A DNA stretch of 64,000 nucleotides from Halodesulfurarchaeum sp. (GTDB lineage: Archaea > Halobacteriota > Halobacteria > Halobacteriales > Halobacteriaceae): NCBI GenBank assembly GCA_034520565.1, contig JAXHNL010000002.1:1184001-1248000 (forward strand), written 5' to 3'. The translations under genes and the position numbers were made by a program. Below, in pieces: positions 52,689 through 62,709 of this stretch (positions are counted from its first letter, which is position 1; every line of letters starts with the position of its first letter). A model generated the notes under the pieces. The model was not told the DNA's origin. It did no database searches and saw only the letters and a list, made by a program, of their open reading frames with translations.

Positions 52689-53171
52689 TCAATCGAGTTC
52701 GCGCTTTTCCTTCGAGAGGACTCGCACGTTCTCGATGGCGGTGTCCGGGTACTGACCCTCGTCGTTTTTCTCCGCGGCCTTCACCATGTCCCAGATGACA
52801 TCGAGACCGGTCGTCGTGCCCTGAAGGGCCTCCATCTCGCAACCGGTTTTTCCGGTCGTTTCGACGGCCACCTCGAGGACGATCTGCGACGCTTCGACGT
52901 CGAACTCGGTCTCGACGTTCGTGATCGGGATCTGGTGACACATCGGGATCGTCTCCCAGGTGTGTTTGACCGCCTGAATGGCCCCGACCCGGGCGGTGGC
53001 GAGCACGTTTCCCTTGCCCACCTCGTTCTCCCGGATCGCGTCGATCGTGGCGGGTAGGAGGTGGATTTCTCCCCGGGCCACGGCTCGCCGAGCGGTGTCC
53101 GGTTTGTCGCCCACGTCGACCATCTGAGCGTTGCCGTCCGCCGTGGTATGTGTCAGTTCGTCGTCGCTCAT
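52689..53171 (-). CDS. moaC: Cyclic pyranopterin monophosphate synthase
   Basis: MVDVG.K, IPMCH, TGCEMEAL, WDMVKA. Confidence 0.96.
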   Translation of the reverse strand: MSDDELTHTTADGNAQMVDVGDKPDTARRAVARGEIHLLPATIDAIRENEVGKGNVLATARVGAIQAVKHTWETIPMCHQIPITNVETEFDVEASQIVLEVAVETTGKTGCEMEALQGTTTGLDVIWDMVKAAEKNDEGQYPDTAIENVRVLSKEKRELD

Positions 53172-54601
53172 CGCTGTTCACCCCGGAGTGCTGCCGGCAG
53201 GGTCTCGAGGAGGTCCGTCGCGAGAAGCCCGCCGTCGCGATCTTCGGCTGCCAGATCACCCGCGGTTCCGGTGAGATAGGCTCCGAGCGACGCGGCCTGA
53301 ACTGGATCGAGTGCCGCGTACATCGCTCCCGTCACGCCGGCGAGGACGTCTCCGGTGCCACCGACGGTCATGCCCGGGTTTCCGGTCCGGTTGATTCGGG
53401 TCCTCGGTCCGTCGGTAATCACGTCGTGAGTGCCCTTGAGGAGTATCGTGACGCCCAACTCGTCGGCGAGGCCGGCGGCTGCGGCTTCCCATTCTCCCCG
53501 TGTCGTTCCCCGACCTCCTCCCAGGTCGGTGAACTCTCCGCGATGGGGCGTACAGATGACCGACGCTGCAATTTCGGTGTTTCGAACGGCGGCGATCGCG
53601 TCCGCGTCGAGGACGGCCCGGCCCGAATACGATCCTACCACTTCAGCCACGGCCCGCCGTGTGTCTGCTGTTTCGCCAAGTCCGGGACCGAGAACGAGCA
53701 CGTCCCGTTCCCGTGCGGCGTCGACTATCGTCTCGACGTGTTCCGGGCCGATTTTTTGGCCGGGAACGGGCATGACGATCAGGTCCTCGCTGTATCCCTG
53801 GATCTCGTCGGCGACGGTCTCGGGAGCAAGGACGGTCGCGAGATCCGCCCCGGCCCGAAGGGCTGCCTGGGCTGTCAGCGCCGGCGCTCCAGTGTAGGGT
53901 CCACCCCCGACCACGAGCACACGGCCGAAGTCACCTTTATGGGCGTCCGACGGGCGGTCGAGTCGCCGCAGGTCTCCCGGGCCGACGAAACGCGAGGCGG
54001 CCCCCGGAATCCCGATGCTCGCGACGGTCACGTCCTCGCGATCGGCAAGTCCCGGTTTTAGATCGTGAAACGTCACAACCCGGTCGGCCTCGACGGCTGT
54101 TCCTGGCGTATTGCCGGTGTCGACGTCCATCCCGGACGGAACGTCGACCGAGACGACGCGTGCTCCCCGGTCGTTGATCGCTTCGATGGCGGTCCGTTCC
54201 GGCTCGCGAGGGGCCCCACTCACCCCCGTCCCGAGGATGGCGTCGACGATCACGTCCGGCTTGCCGAGTTCGATTCCGGTCGAATCCCGGACGACGACCG
54301 TCTCGACTTCGGTCTGTTGGAGGGCGTCCCATTTCTCCCGGGTCACCTCGCTTCGGATCCGATCGGGATGGCCGAGCAGGTGGACGACCGGATCGAGATC
54401 CGCCAGAAAGCGGGCGGCCACCAGTGCGTCGCCCCCGTTGTTTCCGCGTCCAGCGACGATCGTCACCGCTCCATCCCCATCCAACTGCGCCCGGACTTCG
54501 CGGGCGACCGCGTTGCCCGCGGATTCCATGAGATTCGTCTCGGCAACGCCGAGGGCCACGGCGTTTCGGTCGACGACCGCCATCTCGGTGCTGTCGATCA
54601 T
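53168..54601 (-). CDS. nnr: Bifunctional NAD(P)H-hydrate epimerase/dehydratase
   Basis: LMESAG, GNNGGD, DVPSG, HKG..G, TPH.GEF, GGTGDVLAG. Confidence 0.95.
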   Translation of the reverse strand: MIDSTEMAVVDRNAVALGVAETNLMESAGNAVAREVRAQLDGDGAVTIVAGRGNNGGDALVAARFLADLDPVVHLLGHPDRIRSEVTREKWDALQQTEVETVVVRDSTGIELGKPDVIVDAILGTGVSGAPREPERTAIEAINDRGARVVSVDVPSGMDVDTGNTPGTAVEADRVVTFHDLKPGLADREDVTVASIGIPGAASRFVGPGDLRRLDRPSDAHKGDFGRVLVVGGGPYTGAPALTAQAALRAGADLATVLAPETVADEIQGYSEDLIVMPVPGQKIGPEHVETIVDAARERDVLVLGPGLGETADTRRAVAEVVGSYSGRAVLDADAIAAVRNTEIAASVICTPHRGEFTDLGGGRGTTRGEWEAAAAGLADELGVTILLKGTHDVITDGPRTRINRTGNPGMTVGGTGDVLAGVTGAMYAALDPVQAASLGAYLTGTAGDLAAEDRDGGLLATDLLETLPAALRGEQR

Positions 54602-54662
54602 GCCTTCGCGTAGGCGTGGGATCCCCTAAAGGGAGTGGTCCATCGTGCGGTGGGGATTCCCG

Positions 54663-55550
54663 CTATTCCACCGAGCCGCCAGTTCTGCGGTGCGTGAACA
54701 CGTAGGTCTGGGCGTATCCCGGTCGCGGGCCGAGTCGATCCCGGATCGCCCGCGAGGTCTCGGCGTAGGTACCCCGCGACGTCCCGGGAAAGTACTCCTC
54801 GATTGCCGTTCGGATCCAGGTATCGAGCGGAACCGGTTCGTCAAAGCCCATCCCGAAAAGGAGGACACAGTCAGCGACTTTCGGTCCGACCCCGACGAAC
54901 TCGGTCAACGCCTCCCGGGCGTCTTCGTATGGGCTGTTCGCCACCGAATCGAGCGGGACGACCCCGTCCCGGAGTAGCTCGGCGGTGGCTTTCACGTAGG
55001 GCGCGCGGTAGCCAAGCCCGAGATCACGCAATTCGGTCTCGGTCGCCCGGGCCAATTTTTCGGGGCTCGGAAAGTCATACACGACCGTGTCGCGCCACTC
55101 GATCGGTTCGCCGTAGGTCTCCCGCAGTGCGCCAACCATCTCGTGGATCCTGCCGATTCGCATCTGCGCGGAGAGGATGAAGGAGAACAGTGTCGGCACG
55201 ACGGGCTCGGTAACCAGTCGGAGCCCTTCGAACCGGTTTGTGGCCGCCTGCACGACGGGTTCGTCGGGAAACTCGGATCGAATCCGCGGCAATTCCGCAT
55301 CGAGGCCGAGCCGAGCCCTGAGTGCTGGTGTCGGGTCGGTATTCGACCGCCAATCGAGGCCTCCATTCTGCTCTCTGACTTCGATTACCTCACCGTCGCC
55401 GACTGTCCGGAACCACTCCCCCTTCGATCCCGATTCCAGCCCGTGGGCCCCATTCACCGGTTGCCACAGGAACGTCTGTCCGCTTTCGAGCGTCGTCCGG
55501 AGGTCGATTGCCCCCGGGATCGATTTTGCGGGGACGTGACCGGTTTCCAT
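54663..55550 (-). CDS. OGG1/AlkA-type HhH-GPD DNA glycosylase
   Basis: TLESGQTF.W, LGYRA.Y, GVGPKVADC, PLDTW. Confidence 0.92.
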   Translation of the reverse strand: METGHVPAKSIPGAIDLRTTLESGQTFLWQPVNGAHGLESGSKGEWFRTVGDGEVIEVREQNGGLDWRSNTDPTPALRARLGLDAELPRIRSEFPDEPVVQAATNRFEGLRLVTEPVVPTLFSFILSAQMRIGRIHEMVGALRETYGEPIEWRDTVVYDFPSPEKLARATETELRDLGLGYRAPYVKATAELLRDGVVPLDSVANSPYEDAREALTEFVGVGPKVADCVLLFGMGFDEPVPLDTWIRTAIEEYFPGTSRGTYAETSRAIRDRLGPRPGYAQTYVFTHRRTGGSVE

Positions 55551-55635
55551 CGACTGGTGTTCGTGTTTGCCGGGGAAAACCTGTCGGATCGGGGCCAATC
55601 TATTTTTATGTCGGGCGTGAACGAGCACCATACCC

Positions 55636-56151
55636 ATGGATTGTCGAGTTGTCGTCGAAGCGGCGGTTCCGGTATACGACGTGGAAACAGCGGACGAGGC
55701 CATTCGGATCGGGATTTCCAAGACGGGCGAGATGCTGAATCCCGACCTCAACTACGTGGAGATCGACATGGGCACCCGCGAGTGTCCCCACTGTGGCGAG
55801 GAACTCGAGCCAGCCTTCGTCGCAGCCGACGAAAGCCTTGTCGCCCTCGAACTGGAGATGACGGTGTTCAACGTCGAACGGGAGGAGCACGCCTCCCGGA
55901 TCGCGCGGAAGGAGATCGGGCAGCGGCTGGAAAACATTCCCCTCGAGGTTCTCGAAGTGACAGTCCTCGAGGATGACGATGAATCTCCGTCGGAGGAAGA
56001 AGATGCCGGAAGTACCGAGGTTGCCGCCGAGTCGGACGATGACGCCGAACCAGTGGCGGACTCGGACGGCCAAGCGGAGACCCAACCCGCCGAATCGGAC
56101 GACGAGTCCGATGACGTGCTGCCGGAGTTCGAGGACCTGATCGAGGACTGA
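55636..56151 (+). CDS. DUF555 (UPF0212) protein
   Basis: CPHCG, LVAL.LEM.VFN, HASRIA; acidic tail. Confidence 0.88.
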   Translation: MDCRVVVEAAVPVYDVETADEAIRIGISKTGEMLNPDLNYVEIDMGTRECPHCGEELEPAFVAADESLVALELEMTVFNVEREEHASRIARKEIGQRLENIPLEVLEVTVLEDDDESPSEEEDAGSTEVAAESDDDAEPVADSDGQAETQPAESDDESDDVLPEFEDLIED

Positions 56152-56316
56152 CTGGCCACCGTTCGCGGTCCGTACCGTTCGGTCGAATCCGATAGTGATT
56201 GCTCTCCGTTTCTGGTGTCAGTGACCGTCGTTTCACGAGGTCGGGGGGTCTCCCATGCAGCGCACAGCCTGCGCTACTCGAGATCGACGGACGTACCGCT
56301 CGTCTTCGTCAGGAAT

Positions 56317-56556
56317 TCAGTCGGCCTGGGCCGTGACGGGCTCCGAGCTCTCCGCGGCGTCCATCGTGCCCGTGATTCCCTTCGCCAGCGCAAAAACAGC
56401 GGCCTTGTGGTCAGTTTTCGATTTGTGGATCGATGTCGGTCGTACACCCGTGGATTCGTACTCGTCGAGCTGGAGTTCTCTCGTGGAAACGCGCTCGTAG
56501 AAGTTCCCGACCTCGGCGAGGAGTCCATGCAGGTGAATGAGCTCCTGTTTTTTCAT
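56317..56556 (-). CDS. UPF0058 family protein
   Basis: MKKQELIHLH..IHKSK.DHK.AVF.L. Confidence 0.9.
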   Translation of the reverse strand: MKKQELIHLHGLLAEVGNFYERVSTRELQLDEYESTGVRPTSIHKSKTDHKAAVFALAKGITGTMDAAESSEPVTAQAD

Positions 56557-56684
56557 GTGCAACCACTTGTAGCGACTACACCGTTATAGTATTACTCTGA
56601 GGAGAGTTACCAAGGGTTGTACCGCCCAAATTCGGGTCCGACGCTTGCTGAAAGGCTTTTAGGGTGGCACCGTCTGGTACCGAT

Positions 56685-57083
56685 ATGGACTACGAGGAGC
56701 AACTCGAACGCGCCCTCGAGGAGAAACCGGACATCAGCGAGAAGGAGAGCCGCTTCGAGGTTCCGGATCCGACGCTTCGGACCGAGGGAAACGTGACCGT
56801 TTTCGAGAACTTCCAGGAGATCCTGGACTCCGTGGGCCGGGACGAAAATCACGTGCTCAAGTTCCTGCAGGACGAGTTCGGGACCAGCGCACACATCGAC
56901 GACCGGGATCGGGCCAGACTGACAGGGCAGTTCAACGAATCACGCGTCGCGGGCGTGATCGACGAGTACGTCGAGGCCTACGTTCTCTGTCCGGAATGTG
57001 GCCTCCCGGACACCCATCTCACACGGGAACAGGGCGCGGAACTGCTCGAATGTGACGCCTGTGGGGCTCGTTCGTCGGTCTGA
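56685..57083 (+). CDS. eif2b: Translation initiation factor aIF-2 beta
   Basis: RFEVP, T..ENF, CPECGLPDT..CDACGA. Confidence 0.94.
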   Translation: MDYEEQLERALEEKPDISEKESRFEVPDPTLRTEGNVTVFENFQEILDSVGRDENHVLKFLQDEFGTSAHIDDRDRARLTGQFNESRVAGVIDEYVEAYVLCPECGLPDTHLTREQGAELLECDACGARSSV

Positions 57084-57116
57084 GAAAATCGAAGAAAGAC
57101 GGGATACGCCAGCGGA

Positions 57117-57299
57117 TCAGGAGAGTTGCTTGAGGTTTTCGAGGTCACGATCCGTCCGCATGAACTCGCTTGTCCGACGGGTCGCATGGCAGTTCGGACA
57201 ACTGAAATTCTGCTCTGCGTCTGGAAGTTCGCTCGGCGTGGCCTCCCAGGCCTTCCGGCACTCCGAACAGACCAACTGGACGTAAGCCTCGTGTGGCAT
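57117..57299 (-). CDS. Small CPxCG-related zinc-finger protein
   Basis: CSEC..W..CPNC. Confidence 0.8.
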   Translation of the reverse strand: MPHEAYVQLVCSECRKAWEATPSELPDAEQNFSCPNCHATRRTSEFMRTDRDLENLKQLS

Positions 57300-57340
57300 G
57301 CATTCGCACAGTGGTGTGCCGAGGGGAAAAACTTGCTGGG

Positions 57341-57607
57341 CTAGATGCGACCGACTTCCTCGACGGCGACGGACTCGACGCCTTCCACGGATCGAAACGC
57401 CTCCTCGACGGCTTCGGTGCCGCCGGCGTCGTCCGGAACGATCACGGTCGGATAGAGGGCGACGAGTCCGAACGCGACCTCCTCGCGGTCGACGTCGTTG
57501 ATCTTGGCACCTTCCGGCAGTGAGTCGCTCAGTCGGTCCTCGAGTGTGTCGAGATCGAGGTCCGGGCTCTGGGGCATCACCTTGATGACGGCGGCGACTT
57601 TCCCCAT
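57341..57607 (-). CDS. ef1b: Elongation factor 1-beta
   Basis: KVMPQSP, EEVAFGL.AL, VEGVES. Confidence 0.94.
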   Translation of the reverse strand: MGKVAAVIKVMPQSPDLDLDTLEDRLSDSLPEGAKINDVDREEVAFGLVALYPTVIVPDDAGGTEAVEEAFRSVEGVESVAVEEVGRI

Positions 57608-57608
57608 G

Positions 57609-57782
57609 CTATGGCCCCCGGAACCCGCACTCGGGACACTCGTAGAGCGTACTCTGCTTTCGACAGGTTGCACACCGGTAGATCTGGTGCCCACACTCCG
57701 GACACGTGAAGGCCGCCGCGTTTGTCCCCGAGATGTTGATCCCACAGGAGACACAGCGACGGGCCCGGTCGGTCTGACTCAT
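57609..57782 (-). CDS. HVO_2753-like (DUF1610) double zinc-finger microprotein
   Basis: [40 protein letters not shown]; directly upstream of ef1b; missed by the ORF track. Confidence 0.9.
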   Translation of the reverse strand: MSQTDRARRCVSCGINISGTNAAAFTCPECGHQIYRCATCRKQSTLYECPECGFRGP

Positions 57783-57880
57783 ATGCTACGTACTCCTACC
57801 TGGCCCGTTCCGTTTAACGGTTGTCTTTCGGCCCGAAAGCGACCGTCCCACTTAACCCGGCCGGCGCGGAAACCCCAACC

Positions 57881-58717
57881 ATGACCGACCGGGGCTGGTT
57901 TCACGATCTCGACGAGCCCGACGTCGAGCGAGGCGCGGCTGCCATTCGGGCGGGCCAGGCCGAAACGCCCGGTCCGTGGCCGGAACTGGCCGTCGAGGCC
58001 GGGTTCGTTGACAGTCGGGAGGAGTATTACGAGGCGCTTCGCGAAGCAACCGTCGAAGCTGCAACCGCCGCCACAGCCGAAAAGGAGCAGGCAACGGGCA
58101 ACCAACTGGTTCACGCCGTCCGCGCGATGGACCACCTCACGGAGACCGAAAACGAACTCGCCGAACGGGCCGCGGAGTGGGCGGGGAGCCAGTACGGCGA
58201 ATCGAGGGAGGGACTCGAGTACGTGCTCGAAGTCAGCGATCGAATGCCGAAAACACCCGTCGAGGCCGAAATCGTCGACTTCGCGGAAACGGTTCGGGAC
58301 GTGCACCGGCGGCGAGAGCACCTCCGCTCGTTCGTCGCCGAACAGACGCCGCTTTTGGCGCCGAACCTCTCGATGCTCGCCGGGCCGGAGCTTGCAGCTC
58401 GCCTTATCGCTCTCGCCGGCGGACTCGAAACGCTCGCGAAGAAACCGAGCGGAACCGTCCAGGTACTTGGGGCCGAAGACGCGCTTTTCGCTCACCTCGA
58501 GGGCCACGCGCCGTCGCCGAAACACGGGATCATCTTCACTCACGAGTACGTGCGCGGAACCCGCCCGGAAAAACGGGGCTCGGCAGCGCGGGCCCTCGCC
58601 GGGAAGTTGTCCATCGCGGCCCGGATCGATCACTACCGCGGCGAACGACATCCGCCTCTCCAGACCGAGCTCGACGACCGGATCGAGCGAATCCGATCCG
58701 GGGGTGAGGGTCAATGA
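57881..58717 (+). CDS. nop5: Nop5/Nop56 C/D-box RNP protein
   Basis: APNL, LAKKPSGTVQVLGAE.ALF, PKHGII, AARID. Confidence 0.93.
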   Translation: MTDRGWFHDLDEPDVERGAAAIRAGQAETPGPWPELAVEAGFVDSREEYYEALREATVEAATAATAEKEQATGNQLVHAVRAMDHLTETENELAERAAEWAGSQYGESREGLEYVLEVSDRMPKTPVEAEIVDFAETVRDVHRRREHLRSFVAEQTPLLAPNLSMLAGPELAARLIALAGGLETLAKKPSGTVQVLGAEDALFAHLEGHAPSPKHGIIFTHEYVRGTRPEKRGSAARALAGKLSIAARIDHYRGERHPPLQTELDDRIERIRSGGEGQ

Positions 58718-59343
58718 CGCTTCCCGACAGGGTCGAACGTCGACGGATCGGCGACGGCGACGTGCTCGCCACCCGTGGTGAGCCGGTGTACGGCGAACCG
58801 ACGAAAGACGATTGGCGCCGATGGGATCCCAATCGGTCGAAACTCGGTGCCATGTTGGAACTGAAAATCGAGACGGGACTCGAACACGGAGACGGAGTAC
58901 TTTACCTGGGGGCGGCGACTGGAACGACTGTCAGTCACGTCGCAGATTTCGCCGGGCCGATCTACGCAGTCGAATTCGCCCCCCGGCCGATGCGGGACCT
59001 CGTGTCTGTCGCGGAAACCCGCTCGAACCTCTTCCCACTTCTCGCAGACGCCCGCAAGCCGACCACCTATGGGCACGTGGTGGAAGCCGACCTCGACGTC
59101 CTGATTCAGGACGTTGCAACGACGGAACAGGCCCGGGTCGCGAACCGGAACGCGCGGTTTCTGGCCCGGGATGGCACACTCCTACTCGCCATCAAGGCCC
59201 GAAGCGAAGACGTGACGCGGGATCCCGCGGCCGTGTTCGAGGAATCCCTTTCAACGCTCGAATCGAGGTACGAAGTTCTCGAGACCAGGGAACTCGATCC
59301 CTATCACGCGGATCATCTCGCCGTCGTGGCGACCCCCCGGTAA
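58714..59343 (+). CDS. flpA: Fibrillarin-like 2'-O-methyltransferase
   Basis: WDP.RSKL, VLYLGAATGTTVSHVAD, DARKP, QDVA. Confidence 0.95.
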   Translation: MTLPDRVERRRIGDGDVLATRGEPVYGEPTKDDWRRWDPNRSKLGAMLELKIETGLEHGDGVLYLGAATGTTVSHVADFAGPIYAVEFAPRPMRDLVSVAETRSNLFPLLADARKPTTYGHVVEADLDVLIQDVATTEQARVANRNARFLARDGTLLLAIKARSEDVTRDPAAVFEESLSTLESRYEVLETRELDPYHADHLAVVATPR

Positions 59344-59409
59344 GAAGAACGGGCAAGGAAGAGCCGACTTCAGGAAGTATTTACGTCGACCGCCCCTCGG
59401 ATTCGACCG

Positions 59410-60492
59410 ATGTCGAACGGGTCTCGAACTGTCTTCGACGAGTTGGGAACGGTGGGGGTCGAAGAGGAATATTTCGTCGTCGACGAGGTCGGAGTCCCGA
59501 CGGCTGGGTCCGACCAACTCGTGTACGAGAACGAGGCCCCGGAACCGATCACGGGCGACGTGGACCACGAACTGTTCAAATTCGTCCTCGAGACCCGGAC
59601 CAGAAAACTCGATGGCCCTGACCAAGCGCCCGATGCGGTCCGAGAGATCCGGAATACACTCAAGGAGTACGCCGCCGAACACGGGTTTCGGATCGCCGCC
59701 GCGGGGATCCACCCTGCAGCCGACTGGCGGCTCCACGAACACGCCGAAAAACCCCGTTATCGATCGCAACTCGACAGGATCCAGTATCCACAACACCGGA
59801 ACACGACGGCGGGATTACACGTTCACGTGGGTATCGACGACGCGGAGAAGGCCGTCTGGATCGCCGACGAGATCCGCCGCTATCTCCCCCTGATGCTGGC
59901 GCTCTCGGCGAACTCACCGTTCTGGAACGGCTTCGACACCGGGCTTTGCTCTTCCCGCGCGAAGATCTTCGAGAACCTGCCGAACACCGGCATGCCGACA
60001 GCCTTCGAGCACTTCGAGGCCTACGAACGGTTCGAAACGCGGATGCTCGAGACGGATTCGATCAAGGACTCCGGCGAACTCTGGTACGACGTCCGGCCCC
60101 ACACCGACCTCGGGACCGTCGAGGTCAGAATTTTCGACGCTCAGGACCGTGTCGGACACGTCGACGCGTTCGTGGAATACACCCACGCGCTCGTGATGGA
60201 CCTCGTAGCCCGGTACGAGGACGGCGAATCCGGACTCGATATGCGCCGGGAACTCCTCGATGAGAACAAGTGGCGTGCGATGCGTCATGGTCACGAGGCC
60301 GAGTTGATTCAGCCCGATGGAACGCCGCTTTCCATCGGGGCGATCGTCGACCGGGAGGTTGATCGCCTCGGGGTTTCCGGAATCAGAGAGATCTTCGAAG
60401 CCGAAAGCGGAGCGACACGACAGCGCCGCATTCTCGAGGAATCAGGCGCCCGTGCGCTCAACGAGGCGCTCATTATCGAACCGCGTCTGTAG
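59410..60492 (+). CDS. gshA: Glutamate-cysteine ligase (GCS2 family)
   Basis: [34 protein letters not shown]. Confidence 0.9.
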   Translation: MSNGSRTVFDELGTVGVEEEYFVVDEVGVPTAGSDQLVYENEAPEPITGDVDHELFKFVLETRTRKLDGPDQAPDAVREIRNTLKEYAAEHGFRIAAAGIHPAADWRLHEHAEKPRYRSQLDRIQYPQHRNTTAGLHVHVGIDDAEKAVWIADEIRRYLPLMLALSANSPFWNGFDTGLCSSRAKIFENLPNTGMPTAFEHFEAYERFETRMLETDSIKDSGELWYDVRPHTDLGTVEVRIFDAQDRVGHVDAFVEYTHALVMDLVARYEDGESGLDMRRELLDENKWRAMRHGHEAELIQPDGTPLSIGAIVDREVDRLGVSGIREIFEAESGATRQRRILEESGARALNEALIIEPRL

Positions 60493-60561
60493 GGGGAAAT
60501 CGGGTGGGTGTCTGGCCGAGGGTTTAAACCCGCCCGCCACTTTTGTCCTATTAGAGACAAC

Positions 60562-61179
60562 ATGACCGAGGACGAGCCACGGGACGGTCGGTCGGAACTG
60601 GGCGACGAGCATGCGGACACGGAACGGGAAACCCGCAGTGGTGAACCCGATGAAACGGCAGGTGACGAGACGGAACCGCCGGCCGAGTCCCGGGGGAGTG
60701 AGGACACCGAGGCGGAGACGCCCGAGGAGGAGACGGGCGCCCGCGATCGAATCGAAGCCGGTGCCGACCGGGCCGTGAACGAACTCGACACTCGTGTCAT
60801 CGACATCCTCTCCTGGTTGCTCGATACCGAGACCCGGGGCCGAATTTACGTCTATCTTCGCCAGGATCCATGGAGTACCAGCGAGGAGGTCGCCGAAGGT
60901 ACCGGTCTTTATCCGAGCACGGTTCGCGAGGCGCTCGCAGAGTTGGCCGATGAAGAGATCGTCGAGCGTCGAAAACGCGAGAGCGAGGGGGCCGGGAACA
61001 ACCCGTTCGAGTACAAGTCCATCGCCCCGAGTGACCTGGTCGGAAGCGTCGTCGGGCGCGTCCAGGAGGAGCTCAACACAGTCTTCACCATGGACCTTCG
61101 GGGGGCAGCAGAGGAAGAGGAGACACCGGAGCCCGTCCAGATCGAAGTCCGTGAGGACACGGAGGAGTCGGCGGAGTAA
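60562..61179 (+). CDS. wHTH (TrmB/ArsR-like) transcription regulator
   Basis: TSEEVAEGTGLYPSTVREAL..GAGNNP. Confidence 0.85.
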   Translation: MTEDEPRDGRSELGDEHADTERETRSGEPDETAGDETEPPAESRGSEDTEAETPEEETGARDRIEAGADRAVNELDTRVIDILSWLLDTETRGRIYVYLRQDPWSTSEEVAEGTGLYPSTVREALAELADEEIVERRKRESEGAGNNPFEYKSIAPSDLVGSVVGRVQEELNTVFTMDLRGAAEEEETPEPVQIEVREDTEESAE

Positions 61180-61237
61180 CGCTGGGTGGGAAGTGCCAAA
61201 CCCAACCTCTAAACGCACGGGAACCATCCCGCGGGAT

Positions 61238-61738
61238 ATGGACGTGGCGCTCGGGGGGACGTTCGACCCCATTCACGACGGACACCGCAAACTTTTTCGT
61301 CGTGGGTTCGAACTCGGCGATCTTACTGTTGGATTGACCAGCGACGAACTGGCCCCCAAGACCCGTCACGAGCCGCGGTACGTCCGACCGTTCGAGGAGC
61401 GCAAGGCCGACCTGGAGGCCGAATTGGCTGCCCTTGCCCCGGAATATGATCGCGAGTTCGAGGTCCGACGCCTCGAGAAGCCGACCGGTATCGCGGTCGA
61501 ACCCCAGTACGAGGCCCTCGTGGTGACGCCGGAAACCAGGGAGGGCGGGCACCGGATCAACGAGATTCGCCAGGACCGGGATCTCGAACCGCTGCAGATC
61601 GTCGTGGTCGAGCGGCTTCTGGCCGAGGACGGGGACATCATCTCAAGCACCCGGATCGTCCGCGGCGAGATCGACGAACACGGTACGCTCACACCGGATC
61701 GGACGGGCCGGGAAAACGACGCCTCTGCGGTCAGGTAA
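61238..61738 (+). CDS. coaD: Phosphopantetheine adenylyltransferase
   Basis: GGTFDPIHDGH, GLTSD, VVTPET, ISSTRI. Confidence 0.92.
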   Translation: MDVALGGTFDPIHDGHRKLFRRGFELGDLTVGLTSDELAPKTRHEPRYVRPFEERKADLEAELAALAPEYDREFEVRRLEKPTGIAVEPQYEALVVTPETREGGHRINEIRQDRDLEPLQIVVVERLLAEDGDIISSTRIVRGEIDEHGTLTPDRTGRENDASAVR

Positions 61739-61771
61739 GTCGGCGGGTTTCGGATTCGGCCGCTTTCAGGA

Positions 61772-62080
61772 CTACCAGGACGGCGTTTCGAATCCGGCTT
61801 TTTCGAGCAGCGGCCGCCAGCGGGACTGGATGGTGAGTCGGGAGACGTCGGCCGCATCGGCGACTGCCGTTTGGGATCGTTGGTCGCCGGCGATCAGTGC
61901 GCCGGCGTAGATGCTCGTCGCGAGGAGCGCGTCTTTCGACCGTTCCTCGACGGGGAGTTGGGAGAGAAACAGTTCCCGGGCGGCCGAACGAGCAGTGGTG
62001 TCCAAGTCGAGTCGTTCCGAGACCCGGTCGAGAGCGGCGAGGGTCGATTGTTCGGCCCGCTCGGTCCCGGCACGATACAT
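61772..62080 (-). CDS. Single-cyclin-domain TFB-related protein
   Basis: A..IYA..LIAG..RSQ..VA.AA.VSRLTIQ.RW. Confidence 0.8.
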   Translation of the reverse strand: MYRAGTERAEQSTLAALDRVSERLDLDTTARSAARELFLSQLPVEERSKDALLATSIYAGALIAGDQRSQTAVADAADVSRLTIQSRWRPLLEKAGFETPSW

Positions 62081-62167
62081 GGGCCAGAAAAGTATCGGAA
62101 TGGGGTTAATGCTTTCCCGGTGGTTTCTCGTGAGCCTTATTGGGGTGCCCGGGGTAGTAGTCGATGC

Positions 62168-62250
62168 GCGCGGGTAGCCAAGTGGTCAACGGCGCAGCGC
62201 TTAGGACGCTGTGGGGTAGCCCTCCGCAGGTTCGAATCCTGTCCCGCGCA
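62168..62250 (+). tRNA. tRNA-Leu (TAG)
   Basis: GCGCGGGTAGCCAAGTGGTCAACGGCGCAGCGCTTAGGACGCTGTGGGGTAGCCCTCCGCAGGTTCGAATCCTGTCCCGCGCA; long variable arm. Confidence 0.96.
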
Positions 62251-62699
62251 GTGCGAGACCCGACCAAAGGGAGGGTCTCGGTAAAGGCGAACGGCGAGGA
62301 ACGAGCCGTGAGCCATGAGCGAGAAAACGAGTGAACGAGCAGGCACGGATTCGAGCCCTGGAAACCGAGCGAAGCGAGGTTTCCTCCGGTTCGAATCCTG
62401 TCCCGCGCACTTTTCAGCGACACTCACCGGCGAGGGACCCCCCGGTGTCCCGAGCCGTGAGATCGCGGTTGTAAATGCGTTCACCGGATTCGAATCAGGG
62501 AAGAGCTTTGCTCTGACCGTGGTTCGAATCCTGTCCCGCGCAGTGCGAGACCCGACCAAAGGGAGGGTCTCGGTAAAGGCGAACGGCGAGGAACGAGCCG
62601 TGAGCCATGAGCGAGAAAACGAGTGAACGAGCAGGCACGGATTCGAGCCCTGGAAATCGACCGAAGGGAGATTTCCTCCGGTTCGAATCCTGTCCCGCG
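62251..62699 (+). repeat. Array of three structured units, each ending in a copy of the tRNA-Leu 3' end
   Basis: GGTTCGAATCCTGTCCCGCG(CA) at 62229, 62388, 62521 and 62680; units 1 and 3 nearly identical (292 bp apart). Confidence 0.95.
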
Positions 62700-62709
62700 G
62701 TATCAGTCG

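Noticed and set aside
62229-62699. CRISPR array
   Set aside because: The repeat is the tRNA 3' end, the spacers are 111-137 bp, structured and duplicated, and no cas genes are present in the window.
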